Part shown: positions 1 to 9,316 of the stretch, in pieces
Layout: each line of letters begins with the position of its first letter
Numbering within the stretch: position 1 is the stretch's first letter
Virus record (IMG/VR): IMGVR_UViG_3300031992_000067
Location: 1-64,000 of that record
Source of the DNA: a virus
Lineage: Duplodnaviria; Caudoviricetes
Length of the DNA stretch: 64,000 nucleotides
Reading direction: 5' to 3' (one strand)
Program-made: the position numbers and the translations under genes
The notes under the pieces: model-generated
The model's database searches: none
Told to the model about the DNA's origin: nothing
What the model saw: only the letters and a program-made list of their open reading frames with translations

Positions 1-2
1 CT

Positions 3-479
3 GTTCAGAATTGGGCCGTCAATGGCTATACATTCGCGGCCAACGACACTGGCGGAGTGGTCTTGTCGCTACCGACGGCGATGGTGGGGAAGGTGGGGGA
101 CTTCATATTGGACGTGACAAACCCGGCGCTTGACACGACTTCTCTGCCCACGGCATTCAGCGACGCTGCCACTTACGCAGCAGGTGACATTGTGAGCTAC
201 GACTCCAAGATATGGAGGTGCGTGGTCGCAGTCGAGACAGCAGGTGCGTGGACTGGGACAGCGAACTGGGAGGAGGCGTGGCCGTACTTCACGCTGGCCC
301 AGGTGGAGGCGATGACAACCTCCGTTGTGGTTCCGGCAGGCGAGGACTTGCAGGAAATGCTCACATTCGCTCCGGGGACGATGTGCGAGCTGTACTTCAC
401 CCAGACGGCGTTCAACGTGGACTCCAAGCCGACATGGAAGGTGGTCAGGCAGGATGTGGAAAGCGGAGGCGCGTCATGA
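3..479 (+). CDS. Partial tail-associated protein (5' end outside window) with an aromatic CBM5/12-like motif
   Basis: Frame is open from position 3; YAAGDIVSYDSKIWRC...WTGTANWEE resembles chitin-binding-type motifs of phage tail proteins; TGA overlaps next ATG (476-479). Confidence 0.6.
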   Translation, partial: VQNWAVNGYTFAANDTGGVVLSLPTAMVGKVGDFILDVTNPALDTTSLPTAFSDAATYAAGDIVSYDSKIWRCVVAVETAGAWTGTANWEEAWPYFTLAQVEAMTTSVVVPAGEDLQEMLTFAPGTMCELYFTQTAFNVDSKPTWKVVRQDVESGGAS

Positions 480-1771
480 TACCAGGAGTGCCTTACGATG
501 CGGAGATAGAGTACCTTGAGAGTACGGGGACGCAGTACATTGATACGGGGGTACAAATAACATCAACAGACAATGCAAGATTTGTTGTAGATTGTACAAT
601 AACAAACACAATTAAAAATACTTCGGTATTTGTGGGTTCTGGAGTAACAGCTATTGGTGCGCTTCATTATGTTATGGAATTAAGTGGAAGTTCATATTAT
701 ATAAGAACTGGCGGCGGAACAGCCTCAGCGCATATTCCATACATACGAGGACAGAGGGTTTTGATTGATACCTATTATGACTCGCAACATCGTAGAGTGG
801 TCAAAGTCGGAAATGAAATGTATCAAGGTAGTGCATATAATGCTAATACTGGAACACTTTTAATATTATTAGGTACTAGCAATGCGGTGTGGCAAAAACA
901 AGAAGGAAAACTTTATTCCGTTCAAGTTTATATTGATAATATTATTATCCGCGACTTCATCCCCGTCCGCGTAGGCCAGACCGGCTACATGTACGACCGT
1001 GTTACGAGAAGGCTCTTCGGCAACAAGGGCACCGGCTCGTTCGTCCTCGGCCCCGACGTGGCGAAACCCGTAATTGGGCTGTACGGGATGAGGAAGTTCT
1101 ACAGCACTACGGACTACATCCAGGAAGGTCTGGTTGCGTTGTTTGACGGTATTGAAAATGCTGGTTGGGGAGTACATGACAATACAACGCAAACGTGGAT
1201 TGATTTAATGGGAAATGAACTCCCGATAACACCCAATTTCGGTGGTTCAAATGGTTTTTATTGGACAGAAACAGGCGTGTACAACTTTGTTTACAGAGCG
1301 CAGCAAGCATCATCCGTATCTCGTGATTATAGCGCGAATGGAGTGACATTAGAGATAGTGTCCGAAGGTGGTGTATTTCGTGGACACAACAATTTTTATC
1401 AAGATAGTTTTATAAAATGCGGCGGCATACAGAGTAATAATTATTATCTATTCGGGTCGTTTGGTCAAAATTCTAATGCCATATACGCGGCGAATATTTA
1501 TAATATCTCTGGCAAGAGTAAATCTATGTCAATGGTGATAGCCACCTCAGGGGATGGTAATGTATTTTTTAACGGCTCTTACACCGGGGCCATGAATGCC
1601 TCGGCTAAAACACTTCTGCTTTCTGGCTCAGGTCGCATTGCCATAGGCAATAACAACGGGAATTACCATCATCAAATTTTTAATTCCATCCGTCTCTACT
1701 CACGCGCCCTTTCGGCGGATGAAATCGCGCACAACTACGCAATCGACAAAGCGAGGTTCAACCTGCCATGA
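476..1771 (+). CDS. Two-domain ConA-like/LamG lectin tail (receptor-binding) protein
   Basis: Start reassigned to ATG 476 (ATGA coupling); IEYLESTGTQYIDTG...RDFIPVR domain followed by DYIQEGLVALFDG...RLYSRALSADEIAHNY LamG-type domain. Confidence 0.75.
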   Translation: MIPGVPYDAEIEYLESTGTQYIDTGVQITSTDNARFVVDCTITNTIKNTSVFVGSGVTAIGALHYVMELSGSSYYIRTGGGTASAHIPYIRGQRVLIDTYYDSQHRRVVKVGNEMYQGSAYNANTGTLLILLGTSNAVWQKQEGKLYSVQVYIDNIIIRDFIPVRVGQTGYMYDRVTRRLFGNKGTGSFVLGPDVAKPVIGLYGMRKFYSTTDYIQEGLVALFDGIENAGWGVHDNTTQTWIDLMGNELPITPNFGGSNGFYWTETGVYNFVYRAQQASSVSRDYSANGVTLEIVSEGGVFRGHNNFYQDSFIKCGGIQSNNYYLFGSFGQNSNAIYAANIYNISGKSKSMSMVIATSGDGNVFFNGSYTGAMNASAKTLLLSGSGRIAIGNNNGNYHHQIFNSIRLYSRALSADEIAHNYAIDKARFNLP

Positions 1772-2517
1772 GTACTTTCGGAAAAATAGGGGCGAAGTCC
1801 ATGCTTGAACACCGCAAGTTCGCAGATGACTATATTCAGGATGGTCTTGTGGCGATGTGGGATGGACAATGGAATGATGGCATTGGCAAGCATGACCCGA
1901 ATGCTACAGTATGGAGGGACTTAACTGGCAACGGGTATGATGGCGCAGTTGGCTCATCCGTGCAGGTTGAAACGAATTCAATGCTTTTTTCGGGTGTGGC
2001 CAACCTCGCCAATGTAGTTGACCTTGGATATTCGTGGTTTGGAGAGCCATCAAATATCACTGTGGAAGTGGCCGCATACTGTATTGCAGGAGTTGCATAC
2101 GCAAACTGCATCATTGGCGGATACGGTAGCAACACAGACTCGTGGTTATGGCATTTTTTCCGTACTGGCAATGGGGCGGCCATATCTCAGGCGATGACTC
2201 TTGCCGGGAATCGACAAATTGGACATGGTAATGTACAGACAGTTGGTCCGAAATGCTTCTCCATGACAATAGACTCCTCAACAATTACGGCCTATAATGC
2301 GGGTGTTAGGTCAGGTAGTTCTAGTTCTGGGGGCGGGATGGATTGGTCGAAGCCTAAAGCCAGATGCGCAATCGGTGCGCACGGAAAACCAAATGGAGGC
2401 TTTGGATACCCGTTCCATGGCAACGTTTACAATGCACGAGTTTACAACCGTGCTTTAACAGCCGAAGAAGTCGCCTACAATTACTCCATAGACAAAATCC
2501 GCTTCAACCTTCCCTAG
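1768..2517 (+). CDS. ConA-like/LamG domain tail protein (paralogue 2)
   Basis: DYIQDGLVAMWDG...WRDLTGNG and RVYNRALTAEEVAYNYSIDKIRFNLP. Confidence 0.8.
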   Translation: MSTFGKIGAKSMLEHRKFADDYIQDGLVAMWDGQWNDGIGKHDPNATVWRDLTGNGYDGAVGSSVQVETNSMLFSGVANLANVVDLGYSWFGEPSNITVEVAAYCIAGVAYANCIIGGYGSNTDSWLWHFFRTGNGAAISQAMTLAGNRQIGHGNVQTVGPKCFSMTIDSSTITAYNAGVRSGSSSSGGGMDWSKPKARCAIGAHGKPNGGFGYPFHGNVYNARVYNRALTAEEVAYNYSIDKIRFNLP

Positions 2518-2529
2518 AGGGACTTTACC

Positions 2530-3105
2530 ATGAAACTCAACACCCATTTCGCCAAACTTCACAACCGAATCCCCGAATACGCCCCGGTGCCGCTCAAGGT
2601 CGTGACGCACCACCACGAAGAGTATGACATTGATGTTCTCGACCCTGAGACGGGTGAACCAACAGGCGAGACGGAACACATCGTTTCTGACTGGGACACT
2701 TGGGAGAAGAAACTGTTTCCCACAACCGAAGAATACCTCAAGATGGGTTGGCTTCCGGTCATTGACAAGGCCCCTAAAACCGAGGAAGGACACTACGTCC
2801 GCAAGACAGGCTTCGCGGACGAGATTGACGGCAGAATCGTCATGGAGTACGAGCAGGTCCCGCTTCCCCCCGTGGTACACACCTACAGGCGTTCATACCT
2901 CGCCCAGTGGATGAGGGCGAATGGCAAGTGGGATTCCTTCAAGGGGCTTCTGGGGCTGTCGGAGGACTTGGAGTTCTTCTGGGAGACAAGCACCGAGTTC
3001 GACTCCAACCATCCGCAGTGGGGAACGGTCATGGCGGCTGTGAAGTCGGCCCTTGAATTGTCAGACAAGGACATTGCCGAAATGCTTGAATATGGGGAAA
3101 ACTGA
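2530..3105 (+). CDS. Hypothetical tail-fibre accessory/chaperone-like protein
   Basis: Follows the LamG genes; C-terminal half paralogous to 6198-6710. Confidence 0.6.
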   Translation: MKLNTHFAKLHNRIPEYAPVPLKVVTHHHEEYDIDVLDPETGEPTGETEHIVSDWDTWEKKLFPTTEEYLKMGWLPVIDKAPKTEEGHYVRKTGFADEIDGRIVMEYEQVPLPPVVHTYRRSYLAQWMRANGKWDSFKGLLGLSEDLEFFWETSTEFDSNHPQWGTVMAAVKSALELSDKDIAEMLEYGEN

Positions 3106-3116
3106 GGGGAGTAGGA

Positions 3117-3839
3117 ATGCTACTTGCAAGCAGAAATGGATTCGCGGTCAAATTCCCGATAACCGCAAAAAACTATGCCCAAAGCGGTTTGGTTGCCATG
3201 TGGGATGGGGTGGAGAACGTGGGGTGGGGGAGGCACGAGGAAAATCCTTCTGTTTGGAAGAATCTGGTTGAGGGGAGCGCGTTTTCAGACTTTCTCATAT
3301 CTGGTGGCAAGAAGTTTGGGAAAGACCATCTCATAGTTGACGGGAAGGGGACTGCTGAATCTGTTGCGGCGTGGCCTGACGCATTTACTGTGATGGAGGT
3401 GGTTTACAGGTTTGATACTGGGTATGCGTTTTTATGTACTAATGTGAGGAGAAAGATATGGTGGGGGGAGCAGTTTGGCGGAAGTACGTATCCGTATCCT
3501 CAGTTTTCCGGGATGGGGGTTTCCGGGCAGAACATATTCAGTTATCCTGAATTCGCCTATGGGAGACACAACGGCTTGTCGGTGTTTTATGTGTCTTCTG
3601 GAAATTCGGGGGCATATAGGATAGGAATGAACGGTGAATTGCGCGGGCCGACGGGGACTGGAAGCCAGAACACGACTGCGCCGTCTAAAACCAGCATAGG
3701 CGGAAGGAATGGTGTGAGTTCGTCATACAATTCGGCAACGGGAATAGTGAATTGCATAAGGCTGTACAATCGTGAGTTGAGCGCGAGGGAGGTAATGTCG
3801 AACTACGCCATCGACAAAATCCGCTTTAACCTGCCTTAG
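3117..3839 (+). CDS. ConA-like/LamG domain tail protein (paralogue 3)
   Basis: NYAQSGLVAMWDGVEN and RLYNRELSAREVMSNYAIDKIRFNLP. Confidence 0.8.
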   Translation: MLLASRNGFAVKFPITAKNYAQSGLVAMWDGVENVGWGRHEENPSVWKNLVEGSAFSDFLISGGKKFGKDHLIVDGKGTAESVAAWPDAFTVMEVVYRFDTGYAFLCTNVRRKIWWGEQFGGSTYPYPQFSGMGVSGQNIFSYPEFAYGRHNGLSVFYVSSGNSGAYRIGMNGELRGPTGTGSQNTTAPSKTSIGGRNGVSSSYNSATGIVNCIRLYNRELSAREVMSNYAIDKIRFNLP

Positions 3840-3859
3840 AAATGGTGTACAATTGAACC

Positions 3860-4102
3860 ATGGACAACCAAGTTTCAAACCCACCCACATCCAATGACTA
3901 CCGTGGCAAGATCCGGGTGTTCGGCAAGAACATGCTCGCCGGCCCCCTCTTCGAGTCGTCCGACGCCCAGACGATCGTCATGTACGACGACAACGGCACT
4001 CCGTGCGTGCTGCTGGCCAGGCTCGTCGACAACACCTGGGCCATGGGGACCGTGGCCGACGACGACTGGGAGAACGTGAAGCAGCGATTTGGAGTGTATT
4101 AG
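3860..4102 (+). CDS. Hypothetical protein
   Basis: 80-aa ORF, ATG 7 nt after a TACAAT -10-like box (3848-3853). Confidence 0.7.
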   Translation: MDNQVSNPPTSNDYRGKIRVFGKNMLAGPLFESSDAQTIVMYDDNGTPCVLLARLVDNTWAMGTVADDDWENVKQRFGVY

Positions 4103-4134
4103 CGGCTGAAACTGGTGAGACGGGGCGCATTGGC

Positions 4135-4260
4135 ATGAACGGGCACGATGGGATAGACTGGAGGGCCGCCGCGTTCGCGGTCATATCCGCCTTGGTGGCG
4201 GCAGCCGTGGCAGTCGTGTCCATTGTTGCCGGGAGGATTTTAACGTATATCAAACAATAA
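4135..4260 (+). CDS. Small single-TM membrane protein
   Basis: MNGHDGIDWRAAAFAVISALVAAAVAVVSIVAGRILTYIKQ hydrophobic core; ATG 4135. Confidence 0.45.
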   Translation: MNGHDGIDWRAAAFAVISALVAAAVAVVSIVAGRILTYIKQ

Positions 4261-4265
4261 ATCTC

Positions 4266-4356
4266 CCGGCGGGGGTCTTTGGTGTTTTCTACCCCGCCGG
4301 CGGGCCCCCGGGTGGAGGGCTTTCTTCATTTCACCTTCATCCGGGGGCCCTTTTTT
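4266..4356 (+). terminator. Two tandem GC-rich stem-loops, the second followed by T6
   Basis: CCGGCGGGG(4266-4274)/CCCCGCCGG(4292-4300); GGGCCCCCGG(4302-4311)/CCGGGGGCCC(4341-4350)+TTTTTT. Confidence 0.7.
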
Positions 4357-4383
4357 GCTATAATGGACAAGGAGGGACTTACA

Positions 4384-6201
4384 GTGGCAGATATAAAGGT
4401 GGTACCATACAACTTGGGGCAGATACCGTTCGGGAGCAAGGTATACACTTCCGACCAGGTCGACTACATCGTGAAAAACGCCGGCCTTGACGTAGGCATA
4501 TACAAGTACAGGGGCACCGTGCGTTCATACGATGACCTGCCATGGCCTTCAGACTCCACAGACTCCACTGACTCCATTGATTCCAACGACTCTCCGTCAG
4601 TAGGCGATGTATATGACGTAGAGGAAGGCTACGAGGACAGCTCCGAGAGCATACCTCCGGGAACCAACTGGGCCTGGAACGGGGAGAGATGGGACCCGCT
4701 ATCCGGTTCGTTGGCTGACTACCTGAGCAAGCAGGCCGCCGAGGAGACGTACGCCACAAAGACGGAGCTGTCAGCCCATACCGGGAATACCAGCAACCCT
4801 CATGGTGTTACAAAGAGCCAGGTAGGTCTCGGAAATGTAGACAACACATCCGATGTCAACAAACCTGTTTCAACTGCCACTCAAACCGAGCTTGACAAGA
4901 AACTTGACAAAACCGAGGCTGCAACCACATACGCCACGCAGGCCGCGGTTGCCAACAAAGTCGACAAGGTGTCCGGAAAGGGTCTTTCGACAAACGATTT
5001 TACAAATTCGGAAAAATCAAAGCTTTCAGGAATCGAGACAGGAGCCCAGGTAAACACCATTTATGATGTCTTTGGCGCGTACAATGACTCGTGTCTCACC
5101 GGGAATGCCCAGCCTGAGTCTATCAACGCTCCGGACGGTCCCATTGTGCTTACGCCAATGGATAGGCTATATGCGTATCCGGACATGGATGGCAATGTCA
5201 AGTTGGGCGACTTCGCAGTCAATTTCATCAGCGAGATGGACATACCATCCCGTGAACTTATGTCGGAATGGCAGTGGAGCGTGTCCGACCCGGAATACGC
5301 CAAGACATCCGAAGTGCAGCCAGTATACAACACCGACCTGGGAGAATGGATGCTACCTCCGGAAAGTGAGCTTGTCACAAAGCTTGGTATGTATATAGAC
5401 GGCGGAGAAAACAACGACAGCATGGCGACTTACTTAACCGTCATTGGGTACTCGGTGGAGTATGAAATCACAGTAGACACCGGGTTAAGCTACGCTGACT
5501 TTACGAACGACGGATACGGTCGAATTGGCGCCCACGCGCACTTCACATACGCCGACGGTAGCACTGCGGAGATTGTATACGATGTAAACGTCAACCCGCT
5601 AGGCGTATACAGCATGGAGTACGACCACACAAACAACAGCTGGAGAATCCAAGTCGACACCCCCAGCGCGCTGCCGGGAACCTCGGACCCGTTTACCAGC
5701 GAGATGGTTGCGGCATGCCACGCGGTGTTCACCGTTGAAACGGAGACGGACGCGTCTGACCAGTCGACATGGGCTGATCCCAACGGTCTAAACGCAGGCG
5801 ACATGATGCGTGTTTTCGGAGGCGTGGATGTCTATGCGAATTTCACGAGGACGTCGTCCGGCACGGAAAGATATCTTGGGGATGTCATGTTGCCGCCATC
5901 TCCGAATTGCAATTGGACGAGGCCTGGTTCGGACGGGTATGCTTCGCACTTCATACTTGAGATATGGGTTCCGCAGGAAGGCATGTCAGGTCCTTCATTC
6001 GTGCATTCCGACGACGACGCGTCGATCATGCTGGTTGACGGTGGAATATCCATGACGGCCGGCGAACGCAACGTGATAGAGTTCATAGAGCTGTCACGCG
6101 ATTTTGACACTGGGAATCGAACGATTCTAGCAAGGAAATTGCCAACATCCGGCGTAACTGAGATTTCGGCATCCGCACCCTGCGACGGAGGTGGTATGTG
6201 A
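4384..6201 (+). CDS. Tail/head fibre-like virion protein
   Basis: GTG 4384 after AAGGAGG; HTGNTSNPHGVTKSQVGLGNVDNTSD and KVDKVSGKGLSTNDFT repeats typical of phage fibres; 9-bp tandem repeat (DST)n near 4552-4590. Confidence 0.75.
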   Translation: MADIKVVPYNLGQIPFGSKVYTSDQVDYIVKNAGLDVGIYKYRGTVRSYDDLPWPSDSTDSTDSIDSNDSPSVGDVYDVEEGYEDSSESIPPGTNWAWNGERWDPLSGSLADYLSKQAAEETYATKTELSAHTGNTSNPHGVTKSQVGLGNVDNTSDVNKPVSTATQTELDKKLDKTEAATTYATQAAVANKVDKVSGKGLSTNDFTNSEKSKLSGIETGAQVNTIYDVFGAYNDSCLTGNAQPESINAPDGPIVLTPMDRLYAYPDMDGNVKLGDFAVNFISEMDIPSRELMSEWQWSVSDPEYAKTSEVQPVYNTDLGEWMLPPESELVTKLGMYIDGGENNDSMATYLTVIGYSVEYEITVDTGLSYADFTNDGYGRIGAHAHFTYADGSTAEIVYDVNVNPLGVYSMEYDHTNNSWRIQVDTPSALPGTSDPFTSEMVAACHAVFTVETETDASDQSTWADPNGLNAGDMMRVFGGVDVYANFTRTSSGTERYLGDVMLPPSPNCNWTRPGSDGYASHFILEIWVPQEGMSGPSFVHSDDDASIMLVDGGISMTAGERNVIEFIELSRDFDTGNRTILARKLPTSGVTEISASAPCDGGGM

Positions 6202-6710
6202 ACAATTTAGACTACGGAAGAATTGTTGACGGGAAGGTGGTCGACGCTCCGTCAACACTGGTCATAGACGGCAAATTGGTCGTCAACCCGTCACACGCCC
6301 AGTTCGTAAGCCAGAACTGGAAACGCAAGGTATACGCCTCCAAGCCGCGTGACACCAGGTACGACGTATTCGAGGACAACGGGTGGAAAGAGGTTTCAGA
6401 CTGGCTCTTCCACACATGGAAGCGCGTGCCGAGGTGCAGTATCCGCCACACATACCGCAAGTCATGGATTTCACAGTGGCTGTATGCGAACGGGGAGTGG
6501 GGCAAGTTTAACACGCTGCTTGAATCCGCGCCAGACATCAAGTTCATGTGGGACATGTCAACCGAGTTCGACTCAGACCACCCTAAATGGTCTCCAATGC
6601 TTTTGGCAGTAAAACTGAGACTTGGACTTTCGTCAGCGGAATTGAGGGACATGCTGTATTTCGGCGAACACGGAGAGTCGCAGGATGACTCGAATGACTT
6701 AATCAAGTAA
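6198..6710 (+). CDS. Hypothetical accessory protein (paralogue of 2530-3105)
   Basis: GTGA overlap; HTYRKSWISQW..ANG.W...STEFDS.HP.W motif shared with 2530-3105. Confidence 0.65.
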   Translation: MNNLDYGRIVDGKVVDAPSTLVIDGKLVVNPSHAQFVSQNWKRKVYASKPRDTRYDVFEDNGWKEVSDWLFHTWKRVPRCSIRHTYRKSWISQWLYANGEWGKFNTLLESAPDIKFMWDMSTEFDSDHPKWSPMLLAVKLRLGLSSAELRDMLYFGEHGESQDDSNDLIK

Positions 6711-6721
6711 AGGAGGACGAC

Positions 6722-7492
6722 ATGAAGAAGTTCATCGCCAAGATCAAGAACTGGATCCGCAGGATCCTCGGCAAAATCGCCCCTGAGACGACCACCCCGT
6801 CCTGGAAGGAGTGCGTGCACGCCTCGTGCTGGGACGGCAGCAACGCCCAGAGGCGCATGATGAACATGCTCAGTCCAAAGTTTTCGGACGGCAAGTTCAA
6901 GGAGTACCTGGACTGGATGAAGGGCAGGGGGTGCGACACCGCCCATGTGTTTCTCATGAACGGGGCCGATGGCGAGGGCGCCGGCTACACGGCGGTCGAT
7001 AATGTCGGACTCACCATCAAGCGCCTCAGGCAGTTCCGAGCCGCCGGTTTCGCCGTCGTCCCCTGGATCATCGCGGACGACTCGTCGGCCTACGCCAAGA
7101 AGCTGTTCGCCAACCCGGGGCAGTTCATAGCCGCCTTCGACGCCGCCGACATCTTCGAGTACGCGTCGATGGTCGTGCTAGGCCTCGAAATGGACGAGTA
7201 CGGCAATGCGAATCAGTGGAACGCCGTGCGAAAGGCGATCAAGAACCACTGCCCGAAGATGAAGCTCGGCGTGCACCACACGTCCGGCAAGTACACTTTC
7301 GCCAACCTCGGCGACGTGGTGTTCGACCAGCTGGATCCGAAGGCGGCCACCAAGTCTGCCATAACGGCCTCCATCAGGAAAATCCGCTCCATGGGCAAGG
7401 AGGCGGTAGGTTTCGAGTATTCCCGTAACGCCAACAGGCAGAAGGCGCAGTGGGCCCTTGACGCAGGAGCGTTCGGAGTTGGAAACTGGTAG
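6722..7492 (+). CDS. Putative glycoside hydrolase-like TIM-barrel protein (possible lysin/depolymerase)
   Basis: Strong SD AAGGAGGA; beta/alpha pattern with LGLEMDE and GFEY glutamates placed like the clan GH-A acid/base and nucleophile (inference). Confidence 0.5.
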   Translation: MKKFIAKIKNWIRRILGKIAPETTTPSWKECVHASCWDGSNAQRRMMNMLSPKFSDGKFKEYLDWMKGRGCDTAHVFLMNGADGEGAGYTAVDNVGLTIKRLRQFRAAGFAVVPWIIADDSSAYAKKLFANPGQFIAAFDAADIFEYASMVVLGLEMDEYGNANQWNAVRKAIKNHCPKMKLGVHHTSGKYTFANLGDVVFDQLDPKAATKSAITASIRKIRSMGKEAVGFEYSRNANRQKAQWALDAGAFGVGNW

Positions 7493-7496
7493 CATT

Positions 7497-7565
7497 TCCG
7501 CCCGGTCCGGTCATTACATGTCTAACGGCAAGCAAAGGGAAAGTGGGCCGGGCCGGGCGGATTTT
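7497..7565 (+). terminator. Long-stem hairpin with T tract
   Basis: TCCGCCCGGTCCGGTC(7497-7512) pairs with GGCCGGGCCGGGCGGA(7546-7561), then TTTT. Confidence 0.6.
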
Positions 7566-7571
7566 CAAGAC

Positions 7572-8120
7572 ATGACACCGTATCAGACAGGTTTTTTGAC
7601 AAAGTGCGCCACGCTTGGCGTTCCGGACCACGTGGCCGGGCGTCTGTTGAAACTCGCGGAAGGCGGGTCCGACCCCAACCTCCAAAAGGCCCAGCAGGTG
7701 TTCCAGGAGTGGCTCACCACGAAGAAGCACGTAGTGCGCCGTGGTGAGATACTCACCGGAATAGCCCGCAAGGAAGGTGTCACTCCTGAAGAGATAATGG
7801 AGGCCAACAACCTGCCATCCATAACGGCAATCAAGCCTGGCCAGGTGCTTAAGATGCCCAACGGGCTTGGAAAGCCGAAATCCCAAAAGAAGGCCGAGTA
7901 CAAGACGGATTTGGATTCGCCTGTATGGGGAGATCTGGGCTACAAGGTGCACAAGGGGCGGTATTTTCCGTTTCTGTTCCCTAGCCAAAGGTGGCTGACT
8001 GTTCCGCAAGGCGCGACATACGGTTCGGTGTCGAAGCTGTTCGGAATACCGCAGGAAACGCTTACGACTTTGAACCGCGGCAAGGAACTCCAAGCCGGCG
8101 GTGTCATGCGACTAAGATAG
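7572..8120 (+). CDS. LysM-domain protein with shared MTxYxxGFxTKCA leader
   Basis: HVVRRGEILTGIARKEGVTPEEIMEANNL..IKPGQVLKMP and TVPQGATYGSVSKLFGIPQETLTTLN..LQAGGVMRL are two LysM repeats. Confidence 0.8.
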   Translation: MTPYQTGFLTKCATLGVPDHVAGRLLKLAEGGSDPNLQKAQQVFQEWLTTKKHVVRRGEILTGIARKEGVTPEEIMEANNLPSITAIKPGQVLKMPNGLGKPKSQKKAEYKTDLDSPVWGDLGYKVHKGRYFPFLFPSQRWLTVPQGATYGSVSKLFGIPQETLTTLNRGKELQAGGVMRLR

Positions 8121-8132
8121 TGGGAGGACGTC

Positions 8133-8501
8133 ATGCCAGCGGTATCTGAAAGTCAGCAGCGGTTGTTCGGAATGGTGCACGCCTATCAGAATGGGAAACT
8201 AAAGCACGCCCCTGCCAAGATAAGGCGTATCGCGAAACGCATCTCAGAAGAGGACGCCGAGCACTTCGCCAGGACAAAACACGACGGTCTTCCGGAAAGA
8301 AAGAAAAACGAAAGTGAAAAAGACGCTTCGTCAAATCAGCCAGTCACGGTCAAGATAGGCAAGAAAGTCTTTACCTTCCCATCCAAAAAGTCTGCGTTGG
8401 TATACCTTTCGGCATTGCCTGGGATACCACATATAAAAGCCAGGCGGGCCCTTGAAGGCAACGAACCAAGCATAGGGAACGTACTGCTTTACTACCCCTA
8501 G
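8133..8501 (+). CDS. DUF3008-like protein
   Basis: MPAVSESQQRLFGMVHA...EDAEHFARTKHDGLP matches the DUF3008-type motif common in large phages. Confidence 0.65.
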   Translation: MPAVSESQQRLFGMVHAYQNGKLKHAPAKIRRIAKRISEEDAEHFARTKHDGLPERKKNESEKDASSNQPVTVKIGKKVFTFPSKKSALVYLSALPGIPHIKARRALEGNEPSIGNVLLYYP

Positions 8502-9316
8502 GCTCTGGCAAGCGCCCGTTCACGCAGCGTCTTGTCCTTTTCATGGTCGTTGTACCCCATGTATTTCTGCGGTATGTGGTACAAGTGCTGATGTCCGGAT
8601 ATCGACACGCCTATATGGGCGAACGCGATGTGATCCCCGTAGTGGACCTGCGTCTCCCATCCGACCGGCCATGCGACGAAAGGCGGTTTTGACCCGTAGT
8701 CTGTCTTCATGTTGTACTTCTGCGCCGCATACCGTTCCACGACCGCCGGTTTGGCGTTTTCAGGGTATTGTCCGACAAGGTCGTATATCTCCCGCGTTAT
8801 TATGGCCACCTGGTTGTTGAACGTGAACATCTGGCGATCGGCGGAGGCTATTCGCCACAGGTCCGGGTTCGCGGTCACATCGTTGGTGTCGTTTGGGAAT
8901 CTGACGAGCTCGTGCCGCTTGCGGAACATCATCCCCATTCTCAAGGACCCGATTCGCAGCCGGTCCATCTTGTCCATCCACGGCCCTATGTCCAGATCGA
9001 ACTTAAGAAGCCAGTCGTCCTCGATCCTTAAGCACTTCGTCGCCGAAGGGTCGGAAAAGGCGTCCTGCAGGCCAAGGTTCATGACGGCGCCGAGACCGTG
9101 GCGATTTGGGGCCGTGACGTGTACCGATGGCCGTATCCCATGTGCGCGATACACTCTTAAAACCGCCTCTACATGGCCGGGCTCGGACATGTCGTCGCAC
9201 AGGATGTGACGCTGTTCCCAGCCCGTGGACTTGAGATGCGAGAGAAGAGCCTCGACCGTCGCGCAGGCGCAGCAGGTCCGGTTCCTGGTGAACAGAACTA
9301 CGGGCAGTGTGTTCAT
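8498..9316 (-). CDS. Glycosyltransferase, GT-A fold (family 2-like)
   Basis: VVLFTRNR, ILCDDMS, GLGAVMNLGL, RIEDDW (DxD-like) motifs. Confidence 0.75.
   Translation of the reverse strand: MNTLPVVLFTRNRTCCACATVEALLSHLKSTGWEQRHILCDDMSEPGHVEAVLRVYRAHGIRPSVHVTAPNRHGLGAVMNLGLQDAFSDPSATKCLRIEDDWLLKFDLDIGPWMDKMDRLRIGSLRMGMMFRKRHELVRFPNDTNDVTANPDLWRIASADRQMFTFNNQVAIITREIYDLVGQYPENAKPAVVERYAAQKYNMKTDYGSKPPFVAWPVGWETQVHYGDHIAFAHIGVSISGHQHLYHIPQKYMGYNDHEKDKTLRERALARA

Noticed and set aside
212-475. 88-codon N-terminal extension of ORF 212-1771
   Set aside because: Overlaps the upstream gene in another frame and reads as shadow sequence; ATG 476 has the typical ATGA coupling
476-3839. Diversity-generating retroelement acting on the lectin genes
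   Set aside because: No reverse transcriptase or template repeat in the window; differences among C-terminal repeats are not adenine-restricted
4552-4590. 9-bp and 18-bp tandem repeats (also 16928-16975 and 10134-10168)
   Set aside because: In-frame low-complexity protein linkers (DST, QQPQSQ, TP), not independent elements
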